From assembly GCA_016214565.1 (NCBI GenBank), contig JACROE010000002.1:212584-276583 (forward strand): DNA of 64,000 nucleotides. The letters run 5' to 3'. Below, one piece after another: positions 9,092 to 21,200 of this stretch; the stretch's first letter is position 1; each line of letters starts with the position of its first letter. The notes under the pieces were generated by a model. The model saw nothing but the letters and a program-made list of their open reading frames with translations. It searched no databases and had not been told where the DNA came from. Both the position numbers and the translations under genes were made by a program. The stretch comes from Candidatus Kerfeldbacteria bacterium (GTDB lineage: Bacteria; Patescibacteriota; Patescibacteriia; UBA10025; JAHIVO01).

Positions 9092-10824
9092 AAGGTCGGT
9101 GAGAAATAAAAGATGGCTGGCTGAACCGTCAATTCGACGGTGAAGGTCACTGGCGTGTCCCCGACTCGAGCAGCCGGAGTCGCGCTCCCTATCGCCGAAG
9201 TCGCGGTTGTGTTTGTTGATTCGGCCAGGGTTCCAGTAAAAGCAATCCCGGAAACCGTGACGTCAGAAACAAATGACTGAGCCTTTTCAAATACCATAAG
9301 CTGCTTAATCGCGGCGTCATAATTACGGCCAACCGCTTGCAGTGTTACGGTGCCATTTACATCAGCAGACATTGAGGTGAAATACACGTCAGGACTGGTT
9401 GCCCGCTCCAATTCTGAAAAGAATGATGACCAATACACGTGCTTATCCAGCAGTGTGGAAACATTATCAATCTGTACGCGCAATTCATTAATCTCATTAA
9501 GCATTTTCTCGTATGACCGTATTTGAATATCCGCAATGACGATCTGGTTATTCATTTTATTTATCTCGGTAGTAATCGAATTGTAATACCAGTTTGCCCA
9601 GAGCCACCCGCCAAAAACGACGCCCACGGCCACTACAATAAATGTTGCCAGCATCATCACCCGCGAAATCGAAATTTCTTGTTCAAGCGATTCTTCGGGT
9701 ACTAGGTTGACTTCCCAATTCGTGCCAAGCGGTGCGCCAGCGCCCAAACCAGCCTGAGCCTGTAGCGTGTGAGAGGCCGCTGCTGGCCGATGAAATAATT
9801 CCTTGAACCATTGCAGCAAACGCATCCACCCCGAGAGCTGCTGTTTTTTTGGCTCAGCCTGGGTCATGGGTTGCGCTTCAGTCATGCGCATAGCTTCGTT
9901 TGTTGCGTGTTTTTTCTTCGGCACTGCCTGCACTATCGGAATTGTCGGGGCTGGCGGAACCACGGGCATTGCCGGCACAGCCGGTTTGGCAACTGACGGA
10001 ATTGGTACACTCGAAACTACCGGCTTCGAAAATTTAATCGCCGGAGCTGGAGAAGGTGTCGTGGGCGCAATAACCGTTGGACGTACCGGTTGAATTACTT
10101 TTGGCGTTGGAGCAATGATTGGCGATGAAACTGCCGCAGCTTTGAAACGGACTGACAAGGCGGGCTCAACCGGTGTGGGCATTGCCTCTATTTCTGTTGC
10201 CGCAGGTTTTACCACTGCCGGCTTCTCTGCTCGCGCAAACAACCCACGTAACCAATGCAATAATCGAGTAAAGAATGATCCCTGATGGGTAGACTTGCTC
10301 AAACCAGCAACAGTCGTCACCGTAATCACGTCTCCATGACGATGCTGATCATCCACGGGCTGTGATACTTCCCTTTCTGAACGTACGGGCGAGTATTTAG
10401 GAAACCGTTCGCCCAGTGGCTGGGTTGGTACAGCGGGCGCAACTGGAGCCGACTGACGCCGCATAAAGCGCGCCAAAAATCCACCCGAATCTTTTGGTAA
10501 TGGATGGGGCGTTACAACTGGTTTCGCCGCTGGTTTCACATATGTGATTACCTTCTTTTCAGGTAGAGCGGGTGCCGCTCGATATACAATATGCTCCTCA
10601 ATATTCACTTTGCGCTCGGGTAAACGAACTGCTGTTTCGTCAGCAACTTGTTTTTTTGGTCGAGAAAAAGCACCCTTAAAAAATGTCAAAACACCTGCCC
10701 GCTTCACGCTTGATCGCGATTTTTCGCTATGCGTGGGGCCAGTCATGACAATGGTTTGTTCGCGGGATTGTTTTTCGGTTTTTGCTTTTGCTTTTTCCTC
10801 GCTAGGGAGGAGATTGATCGCCAT
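9088..10824 (-). CDS. pilN: PilN-like protein with a long Pro-rich N-terminal extension
   Basis: INLLP motif, TM helix, coiled coil and HVYWSSFFSELE...V.FTSM PilN-like domain; overlaps the pilO start. Confidence 0.75.
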   Translation of the reverse strand: MAINLLPSEEKAKAKTEKQSREQTIVMTGPTHSEKSRSSVKRAGVLTFFKGAFSRPKKQVADETAVRLPERKVNIEEHIVYRAAPALPEKKVITYVKPAAKPVVTPHPLPKDSGGFLARFMRRQSAPVAPAVPTQPLGERFPKYSPVRSEREVSQPVDDQHRHGDVITVTTVAGLSKSTHQGSFFTRLLHWLRGLFARAEKPAVVKPAATEIEAMPTPVEPALSVRFKAAAVSSPIIAPTPKVIQPVRPTVIAPTTPSPAPAIKFSKPVVSSVPIPSVAKPAVPAMPVVPPAPTIPIVQAVPKKKHATNEAMRMTEAQPMTQAEPKKQQLSGWMRLLQWFKELFHRPAAASHTLQAQAGLGAGAPLGTNWEVNLVPEESLEQEISISRVMMLATFIVVAVGVVFGGWLWANWYYNSITTEINKMNNQIVIADIQIRSYEKMLNEINELRVQIDNVSTLLDKHVYWSSFFSELERATSPDVYFTSMSADVNGTVTLQAVGRNYDAAIKQLMVFEKAQSFVSDVTVSGIAFTGTLAESTNTTATSAIGSATPAARVGDTPVTFTVELTVQPAIFYFSPTL

Positions 10825-10970
10825 AGTTTTGCCTCCTTTTGTTTTTTGTTTTGTGGGGTACGTGCTTTGGCGAGATGCACGGATACAACCAAGACCCTCA
10901 TATCAGGGTGCTCGGCTTTTTTATTCAGGCAAATAATAGTTTTTCCCTATATTTACCTTAATATACATAT

Positions 10971-10999
10971 ATTTTAGCACATTTAAAAACTAAAGTCAA
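10971..10999 (-). promoter_or_regulatory. Internal sigma70 promoter upstream of pilN
   Basis: TTGACT-17 bp-TAAAAT with extended -10 TG; SD AGGAGG before the pilN ATG. Confidence 0.7.
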
Positions 11000-11030
11000 G
11001 CACCTCTGACCTTAAAATGCATAATTCAAA

Positions 11031-12206
11031 TTATTGCAACTCTCGCATGGCCAAACCGATAGCAACGGACATGCGCGGACCCAATTCACGTAATAATGAA
11101 TCAATTTCAACCGGATGCACCACGCGCGCCCAAGGATCGCCCACAAACGACCGAATGTTGAAGCTTTCTTGAATATACTGGGTTATGTTACCGAGAAAAG
11201 CCGAACCGCCAGTTAACACAACTTTTGAAATCGGCTGTTTATTCTGATTTCGGTAAATATTAGTAATATATCGAATTTCATTCATGATAGCGTTGATCAC
11301 GTATTTCACTTGCTTTGGCAATTGGTCAAGCGGCTGATTAGCCATTGAAATAGTGAGATCACGCTTCATTTGCTCAGCCTGTTCATACGAAACCTGCATC
11401 GAATCCACAATCGCCTGGGTGATACTTTTCCCTCCGAGGTCAATACTCCGATTCAAGATAGGCACGCCGTCAGCATAAATGATAATACTCGTCGCTCCGC
11501 CGCCGATATCAATGACCATGATGGGATTGTGATCATTCCCTACCAGCGAGCGCTCGATAGCGAATGATTCTGTTTCCAAACCAACTAATCGGAGGCCAAC
11601 GTCTTTAAAAAGGGCAACGTAATTATTTACTAAATTTTTGGGAGCGGCGGTTAAGAGAACCTTCAGATTTGGTTTTGAGTCTCCTCCAATAATACTCCGC
11701 TTATCAACGGTATCTTTCGCTGAAGCCCCTTTATCCGTTGGATTTGTGTTCGGGACATTCAATCCTGCAGTATTTATCTCTTTCTCTTTCTTCCTCTTTT
11801 TGTCCTCTTGCTTACCATCGTCGCCAGGCATGCCGCCTAATACCTCCCAATCCAAAATCATTTCCTCTAAGGGAATAGGTACAAATTTCTTCGCTTCCCA
11901 TCGCACCGCTGAAATCAAATCCTTCTTATTCATGGCGGGTAGACTGATGATCGAACTGAATACGCTAAAGCTTGGCAGTGCCGCTACCGCATTTTCTGTG
12001 GATACCTTGGCGCGCTTCAGCAACTCACGCAAATGCTCAGCGATTGCCGCCCGCGCTTCTTTCGTATCATCCTTCACGATATTGTATGTCTCATCAATAA
12101 AACCATACGTCACCAGCTGAGGGCGATTCTGCTCTAACTGCAATTCAACAATCTTAATACTGGATCCTCCTAAATCGATTCCGACGTAACTTTGTTTTTT
12201 TGCCAT
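11031..12206 (-). CDS. pilM: Type IV pilus assembly protein PilM
   Basis: Actin-like fold motifs VGIDLGGSSIKIVEL, EAKKFVPIP, VIDIGG, VVLTGGSA and VAIGLAMR. Confidence 0.95.
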   Translation of the reverse strand: MAKKQSYVGIDLGGSSIKIVELQLEQNRPQLVTYGFIDETYNIVKDDTKEARAAIAEHLRELLKRAKVSTENAVAALPSFSVFSSIISLPAMNKKDLISAVRWEAKKFVPIPLEEMILDWEVLGGMPGDDGKQEDKKRKKEKEINTAGLNVPNTNPTDKGASAKDTVDKRSIIGGDSKPNLKVLLTAAPKNLVNNYVALFKDVGLRLVGLETESFAIERSLVGNDHNPIMVIDIGGGATSIIIYADGVPILNRSIDLGGKSITQAIVDSMQVSYEQAEQMKRDLTISMANQPLDQLPKQVKYVINAIMNEIRYITNIYRNQNKQPISKVVLTGGSAFLGNITQYIQESFNIRSFVGDPWARVVHPVEIDSLLRELGPRMSVAIGLAMRELQ

Positions 12207-12213
12207 AGGTAAT

Positions 12214-12283
12214 TAATGTATAATGTAAAATCTATAATGCATAATCTATGTTCAGAAAATTATACATCATACATTACTCATTA
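12214..12283. repeat. Tandem heptamer repeats in inverted arrangement
   Basis: TAATGTA TAATGTA AAATCTA TAATGCA TAATCTA at 12214-12248; inverted copies TACATCA TACATTA CTCATTA at 12263-12283. Confidence 0.75.
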
Positions 12284-12292
12284 TTAAATACT

Positions 12293-15200
12293 TTAGGGAA
12301 CAACGCGCTGATAAAGTGGCAACGCTCGAGTGAAGTCAGCTAAGCCCGGCGGCGTATTGGCCACGACTCTACCATCATACACAATCTGCTCCGCACCTTC
12401 AAGGTTTTTGGTATAGGTACGATCAAAATTATAACCGCTGGCGATGAAGAGCCCTGACACATACAACGGCGTCTGATAGTCAATATGCAGCTGACTCGTG
12501 GCTGGATTAATAGGTCGCGTTTCATTGAGCGCGGCAAATGTTTCATTGCCACCGCGGCGCAGACGAATGCCAATGTGATTTCCTACGGTGTAGCCAGCGC
12601 GGTCAATCCAGGATTGAATGAGCGATGTGCTATCGGTCAGCCAATGGACACTCCCTGTTCCCCAGGCCCCGGCGGCTACATCTTCTGCCACTTCTGATAC
12701 ATCCTGAGTCATCGCGTATTCAAATGGATTTGCTCCAATTACCGGCATATCATCTGCCTCAAGCAATCCTTGGCGGAGCTCAAACGGTGCACTTGAACTA
12801 TTGCAATCATTTCCCTGTACGCGCAGATGAGACTCAACGATTTGGGCATTATCGGGCACCTGGGTAAAGCCCGACTGCGGCGCGAAACGTAAGTAAACTC
12901 GATTGGGATTATTCAGATACCAGCCCACGCTCTGACACGGCGAATTCGAACTCCAGCTACCGCCGGTACCCCAGGCAGCAGCATCATCGTCAAATGGGTC
13001 AGCTGCCACATCAGCCAATGTATAAATGGTCCGCTGAGGGGCATACTCAATAACCAGCACGGGCGCGGCTAAACTCAAATGGTCCTGCGACGCGAATGTC
13101 TTGAATTGGTTGGTAGTGGCCTGTCCTTCGTGCAAAACCAAACCAATATAATTCGTGGGGGCATACGCCTCATCATTCAAGAATCGTTTTACCAATGAGG
13201 TGATATCGGGACTATCGTGGGAATCAACCGTATTCCACGCAGTAGTATCATAGGTAACGCTGTTCGATACAACTGAATCAAACAGTGGCAGATTAGGAGT
13301 ATTGGTAAAATTAACCCCGCCAACATTGTTTGAATCCATGAGATAAATACGGCCGGTGAAATCCCCTCCGCTGGTAAGCCCAGTCGAATCAAATCGCAAG
13401 TAAGCACGGCGAATCTCGGCTCCCGCCGGTACATCGGGCATTTGATAACGAAGGAACGTGCGAATTGCCTGTCCCGATGCATTGACGCCAAATGAAGCCG
13501 TCGTGCTCGTCGGCGTATTAGCGCCGGTCGATAATACCGTCGTGTCATCAGGTGATACGGCAACCGTATACGCCACCGGATTTTTACGCCCCGTACTGAT
13601 GATGCCGGATGCAACGCCATCATCAGGATCGCGATCGATCGCCACATACACGCCAGCTAAAGTGTCAACTAATGAATTTACGGTAATATTGCCCCGCACA
13701 ATAAACGCGGCTGACGGCATTTCACTTAAATCAGTAAGCGCCGTATTGTCATAGGTTATTGCCGCATTGATCTCGAGATCACCGTCAATAACGATTAACC
13801 CATTGCCAGTCGTACCACCCGCACCTTTCGTAATCGTCATTGCCGAATTAATCACCGCGTTACCATTGACATAGTAAACCTCTCCGTTCAGAACCGGCGC
13901 CGTGCCCAGACGCGATCCGTTGGCCAAGTCGCCTGCGGTTAACACATTTAAATCATGGCCAAAACGATTCTTCGCACCACCAACGTCGGTAATCAATGAG
14001 TCGATATCGAGTCGAGACAGCACCTTTTCACCAAACGGCAATCCAGCACCGGTCACCAAGGGATTCAATCCCGGCTCTTGTAATTGGCTGGTTGGTAAGC
14101 CAGTCTGAGATGAAGCATAATTCCCTGGGATCCCCTGGATGTCTCCATTGGCCTGAATCAAATAGGTGGCCGTGTATTGGCTTGACCCAGCTGGCGGTGG
14201 AGCCAGCGTCACATTTTCACCAGAGTACACATCACCAAATGACGTCCGAATATACGGGATGCCCAATAACGCGCTGGCTGGGATGAATTCAATCCAGCCG
14301 ACTCCGCTGAGGATAGCCCCTCCGCTTAATTTTGTATACAAAACATTTGAAGATGCGCAGCGGTAGGTGCCAGGCGCTGTCGAAACCTCGAGACATACGG
14401 GATCCTCGCCACCACAATCCGCATCGCCATTGGCGGGATTGCATGCGGTGGCGCTGTAGTGCAGCTCATTCCAGGCAATATGCGGATTTGCATTTCGATC
14501 CAGTGCTAGACTTGGGCTCGTCGAAGAATCCGCAGTCACCCCGGCTGTTAACTGAGGATCATCATAATTCTGCATGCCACCCTCAATCCCATAATCCCCC
14601 GTAGCAGTAACCCAGGCTCCCTGGCCACCATTTGATTCTTGGTCCCAATACCGATATCGAACATCAGGAACCGCGGGAGGCTCGGTATCATCAGCCCAAG
14701 TAATATGCGGTTGGTCATCAGCATCAATCGCCAAAGTTGGCGCCCCGCCCATCTGAGCATGGCGCTGGGTTTCTCCCGTGACTACACCATTAACCAATAT
14801 ATTAGTCATCGCTGTACTTCCGCTGACCGTTACCCAATTAGTCCCGTTCCACGTCCGATACAGTACGAACTGTGGATCGCGCCAGACGATACCCGGCCGT
14901 CCTGCCGATGTCAGGGCGATGTCCGGATCCTGCCCATTGATAGTGACAATCTCATCTAATGCATCAACGCCTGCGTTCACCTGCAGATTAGTTGTGTTGG
15001 TTTGACCACTGGCGGTTACCCAATTCACACCATTCCAAGTGCGATAATTAATCTGCGCACCATTAACCCAGACAATATGGGGGATAGCTGGGGTTGATTG
15101 GGTAACGGTAAGTTTTGGGAACCATTCGGGAATTGATCCAGCAAGACTATTACTGACTTGAATATCATCAACTCCGCCGTCGGGATCAATCCAGACCCCA

Positions 15201-18200
15201 CCTGATTTCCAACGATAATACACTTCAGCCGTATTACCATTGCCAAAACGATACACCACATGAGGATTCGATCCCGCGTCCAGGGCGAGGTCAGGCATGC
15301 CGCCATTATCTATCTTTTCCGGAGTCGTCCAATTTCCTCCTGCATCATCATAATAGGAGAAAAATACTTCCCCATTTTGATCGTACGTGCCTCCTTGCTG
15401 CCAAACAATATATGGCCTATCTCCACTTAATTGGAGCGATGGCCAAAATGCGTCCACGCCATTGATATTGCTCACATTCAGACGTGATGATTGAGGATCG
15501 GTCGTGCCTGGCACATACGCAGTTCCATTTGCCGTCTCCCATTCACCAGCCTTGAGCCGAGCATAATAAATTTGATACGAGTTATTAGTACTATTATATT
15601 CACTCCAGGCCATATGTGGATCCCCGATGGAATCAACCACCAGTGAAGGCGAGCCGTAATTATCCCCCTGATCGCTCGCCGCCCGACCTGAGGCGGTCAC
15701 GCGGACATGCGGCAACCAAACTGAATTATTGTGCGTCTGCGGGATGAGTGAAGCTTGCCAGCCCCATCCAAACAATGTGTAGAGGGATACGTCCGTTGGA
15801 TTTACATCAGGGTCGCCCAGGAATTGCTGGGAATCTATCTCGGTGCCGGATAATGTGTATCGACCGGAACGAGTCGCCCCATCATCGTACGTACCACCCA
15901 GGCGAATCCAGCCCCAATCATCATAGCCCAGCGCTTCCCCTTCTGACTTCAGGGACATGATACGCGCCCATCCGGTAACTTCTCGAGTGATACCGCTGAA
16001 GCTGGCAGTGGCAATTGCCTTGCACTGCTCATCAGCGCCCGTGGGAGCGTAATCAGGACAGTCACTCTGCGTAGCGCATGTCTCGAAGACGCATGATTCA
16101 CCGGCCAGACAATCGGTATCGGCCACGCACGCACCAATGCCATCGGAACACACGCCATACCGCTGGCCAGACGATCCGGCTTGGTCATAGCAATACCCAT
16201 AGCCGTGCCCGCTCGAAGTAGCTTGCGCGACTTTTACCAGATTGCCACCGCCACTGAGAAGGCCCGAGGTCGTGACCGTCCAAATCGCATTATTTCGATA
16301 CATAATCTGAGAACCCATGACATAATCACGTGAAGAAACTTTATAACTATTAACCAGTGTCATAGTAGAGGCCTCATACTGGAAAATTCGAGCTTGGGAA
16401 TTGCTGCACCCGCCACCGACCGAACTACAAGCCGCCCGCTGACAATAATTTCCCGCTCCACTGCATTGATAATCAAAATCACAGACAGCTCCACCGATAG
16501 CGCAGGTTCCTTCACTTCCCTGGGCGCTACACAGAATCGTCGCATCATTATTACAATTACCTAGTCCCGTATGTGCCGTCATCCAGAGATAACGGCCGTC
16601 ATAGGCAATGCCCTGCGGATACTGGGGATGATCAAATTCTATCGTATCAATTATCGAACCGGCGACTGGGTCAATAATCATTACCGCGCCAATGCCAAAC
16701 TGACCTCGTGGATGACTTGACGACGCAGTCAGCGGTACATACAAACTGGCATTAACCCGCACCACGTCATAATACGCAAAGGCATAACCCGATGGCAACG
16801 GGATGGATTGAATCGTTCCGGTATTCAAGTCGAGACGCGCGATGGATGTTTCATAAACATGGCCTGTCCACAATGAATGAGTGGTCACATCAATATTTGC
16901 ATCTACGGGACGACGACCAGTGCCCCAATGCGTACCAGCAACGGCAATGCATGCCGCCTCAGTGGCATAGGCTGAATTAGAACAGCGACCACAGCGACGC
17001 GGCGCACCACCTGCCGGGAGGCCAGTATCACAATGGACTTCAGTATTGGTCGCGGGATCTATGCGTGATATTGAACCCCACCAATTGCCACCAGCGCCAC
17101 CGCCGCCAGCTTCCTGATTAATAACATAAATATCTCCGGAGGTTGGATCATAATCAATACCTTCGGGATTGCATTGTGGGTCAGTATCGTGCGCGTCAGC
17201 ACAGCTCACCAGATTGATGGTTGCTTCCACCGCCAAGGTCGTCGGATTTATGCGATACACCTGATTAGTCCCGTACGCGGTCACCCACACCGCAGTGCCA
17301 TCAAACGCCGCATCCAGCGGACGCAACCCACCGATGGCCTTCAGGTCGACATACCCAACCGTGGTCATATCACTGACGCGTACTTTCAATACGCCATGAT
17401 CAGCATTAGCCGGTGAATTAGACCAGTCCGTCCCCAGCGTAATCCAGTAATACGGACCTCCGGCGGTCACGCTGTCATAAGCAAATTTATGCAGGAAACC
17501 GGGACGGGGTTGTTTCACGTCATTCCAGGAGGCTGCCCAGTCAGTGGTCTGGGGCGGCGTACCAGCGCTTTCCACACATGTAGCTCCTTTACAATCAAAA
17601 CTATCCGCGCACGCCTGCTGGGTATTATTAGCACAGACATTGGTATTAAATGTAATCCAACCGACACCCGCTTCGCCATATCCCGCATCCCAGAATCGGT
17701 AGTGCACATTCCAGTCGTTTGGCGTGAGACCATCGGACTCGCTCCACAGCAGATACGGATCTCCCTCCCCATCAATGTCAAACGCCAGGCCACGGATATC
17801 AAATCCGGTGCGTCGAGCCGCTTCGAGATTGGCATCATTATTTCCTCCGCCGTATGCGCCACTGGTAGTTATCCAGGCACCGGCGCCGCTATTTGCGGCC
17901 GGATCATAATTACGATACCGAATAATCTGAGGATTGCCAGATTCATACCCCATCACATGCGGATGACGTTGACGATCAACCTTCAGATCAATGGCAGACA
18001 CGTTTCCACCTACGCCGGGATTATACGTCGCGCTAGTATCTGCGGGCACGGTGCCGTCAGCCGCTGCCCAGGCTGAACCATTCCAGGTAATATACCGCGC
18101 GCCACTCGTCGTTGCCCAGGCAATATGCGGCGTAACATTCCGGTCAAGCACAATCTTTGGACTTTTAACTCCGGTCGTAGCGCCATTGACGGCAACCTCA

Positions 18201-21200
18201 GCAGACCAGGCGCTACCATTCCAATATCGATACAGTACTTGATTAGCCGCGTCACCCCACACCACATACGGATAGCCTGTGGTGGGATCAACGGCTAATG
18301 ACGGCTGATGATCAGTAGATGTCGTATTGGCAATATCATCGAAATCCGGACCGCCATTTGGCCGTACCCAATCAGCGCCACCCCACTCGGTATAGTAGAC
18401 ATCATAGGTGCCACCGACTTTCGATTTCTTGAAGGCGATATGCGCCTGATTGAGTGCATCGATGGCAATCGAGGGATACAAATCATCGAGGTTCCCCGTG
18501 ATCACGTTCGTGGATACGTCAATTTTTTCATTCGTGGCATTCGTCGTGCCAGGCCGATACACAGTGCCCGTCGGCGCTACCCAAGCGCCAAATCCATTCT
18601 GCGCTTCCGGATTCCAGCGGAGATACCAAATATGATAATAATCTGAAATACCAGCCACCTTCTCGGCCCAGGCAATATGGGGATTCGCATTTTCATCAAA
18701 CACCAGCGTTGGTTGCATTGAATCAAGGCTGGTCTGAGAAATATTATCCGCTCCCAGCGCACCGGCAGCCGTCACCCACTCGCGACCATTCCATCGCTGG
18801 TAGAAAATATCTTTGGTATTGCCCGCACTCGGCCAAGCCTCTGCCCACACCCGATGCACCCGGCCAAATGCGTCAATAACAATGTTCTTATCCGATGAAT
18901 TCGCACTATTGGTCTGCGCCGGCTTATTCGTATTCACTGTCTCGACGGTGCTCCACTGCTCCTCGGGGATGCTCCGACCGGATGAGGACCAGGCATACCC
19001 GGTCACTGGATTGACGTCGCGCGTTTCCTCGAACATGGTATTGACCCCCCAGTCCTCGGAAGTGCCACAACTAAAGCCAAATCCCGTGAGATTATACAGA
19101 TTGAGGCAGTTCGTGGAAATCCAGCCAAGATTTGATGACCAGGCCCAACCCACGATGTTATTCCGCACTAAGAATAGAGTGGCCTTAGGCCCAAATGATG
19201 TTTCAATGCAGGTATTCCCTGCCACGCATCCGCTGGCAACAATGGTCGGACCGTCGCCGTTGCGGGCTTTCATGGCAAAATCATATTTACTCGAGGGATC
19301 CAGCGCTACATCAATACCATTATTACTGCCCCACTGGCTATAGGTCGCCCAGATGCCTGAGCTGTCGCCTGAGGCACACTGGAAATTACCGCCTGACATA
19401 TCAATACTCCCATCAGTCCGGGCGTATCGCTCATACTCAACATTACCATTACTATCATATTTAGTGACGCACAGAGCGTATTGGGTTTCTGGAATGCCGG
19501 CACCACCCTGAGGATTGCCATCGGTAGTGCGGACGGTTACATTTGCCGAGGTGCCTGACTCTGCCCGAACTAATATCGGCGCAGCTGGAATAGCCGCTAG
19601 CGTATAGCGGCAGGTCACGCCAGCGCCGGGAACAAATGAATTAATATCCCCGGTACCATTGACCAGGCGATCGGCATTCGCGGAACGCGCCTGGTAGCAG
19701 TAATTCCGATTGGCTGACAAACCACTATCCGTGACACTATTGGAAGTAATATATTGAGTCGTATGGTTGCTAAATCCAGCCTCACCACCACCGCCTGGTG
19801 CTGATGGATTATTTTCAAACGAAATTCCTGAGTTCGGCGTAGTCAGATTATTAAATGTGCTACCACTCGAATTCGCCATCACTGAAATCTGGTTAGTCTG
19901 AACATCGGTAAACGAAATCGAACCAACCGTCTCAATCGACGTATAGGCTCCAATGCTCCCCGTTAACGGATTACTTCTACCCAGGCGGCCTCGACTGTCA
20001 CGGGCGCGCACCGAAATAGTGCATCGTTGATTTGCATCACTTGTACCGGCATTGCCATCATTGCTCGAATGGATATAATTTGTCCCCGCGGTATTGAAGG
20101 CAAGCGGCGTACTCCGACAATATTGATTATAGGTACCCGTATAATCAACCACCGGCGCGCCACCGACAGGCGCATTCCACAGCCAGCGCAGACTATTAGT
20201 CGTTTGACTGTCGTGATTCGGCGTTTGGTACGTAATTTCACACGGCGGAAGCGTATCAGATGGTGGAATAAAAAGTAGCAACGGAGTGACCTCACTGCTA
20301 GAATTGCGCACCTCTACCTTATAATACTGATAGGTATGAGAAAGTGAACACGCCACCCAAGAATTGATAATGTTATCATTAAATGTTTTGACGGTACTGC
20401 CGATCCATCTTTTTGTTTCCCAGGGTAGCGCTGTCCAGGTCCCCCCTTCACAATCGTCTGCAAATGGACGGGTACAATACGACACTCGATACGAGGTGGT
20501 GTCGCTTGGATTTTCCGGCGATTGCTCGGTGATAGTGACCGCACAATAATAATCATCGGTATCGTCATCTACGCCATCCACATGATTACATGCCACGGTA
20601 ACATTGGGCTGGGCAGCATAGGTCCGCACCGGTCCGCCCGAACCTGACCACTGACCACACCGCTCCACATTTCCGTTACTGGCATTACCATTATCGCACC
20701 CCCGCACCGTAACCGTATACTGTTGATTTGGGCTGAGATTAGACTGTGTCCATGGATCATTCCCCGCCGGAGTGATATTCGGATATAAAATAGAACTCTG
20801 AAAATCAACCTGATACAGCCCCTCGGTGTCACGCGTATACGGAGCCGTCCAATCCCATTTGATATAGTTATGACCTTTGTTTGGATTGCATACTAAAATT
20901 GAACACAGCACTGGTGCGCTAGGTGCACACGGTGGCAGTGTATCATCCTTGACTGCTGAAGCGGCAGAATTTGTGGTTGAGGCATTATTGCCAGTCATTG
21001 AGGCATACACCCGAAAATAGAGCCGTGTGTTTGTGGCATTGGTGCAGCTTAAATTTTTAAACCGAACCGTCTGTCCATTCTGAAACGTTTGCGACCAATT
21101 CTGAGCATTATAAGTACCCAGTGCGCCACCGGGAATATACCCCTGAACATCAGTCCAGGCCGACGCACCATCATATGACCGCTGCACTTTATAGAAGTAT

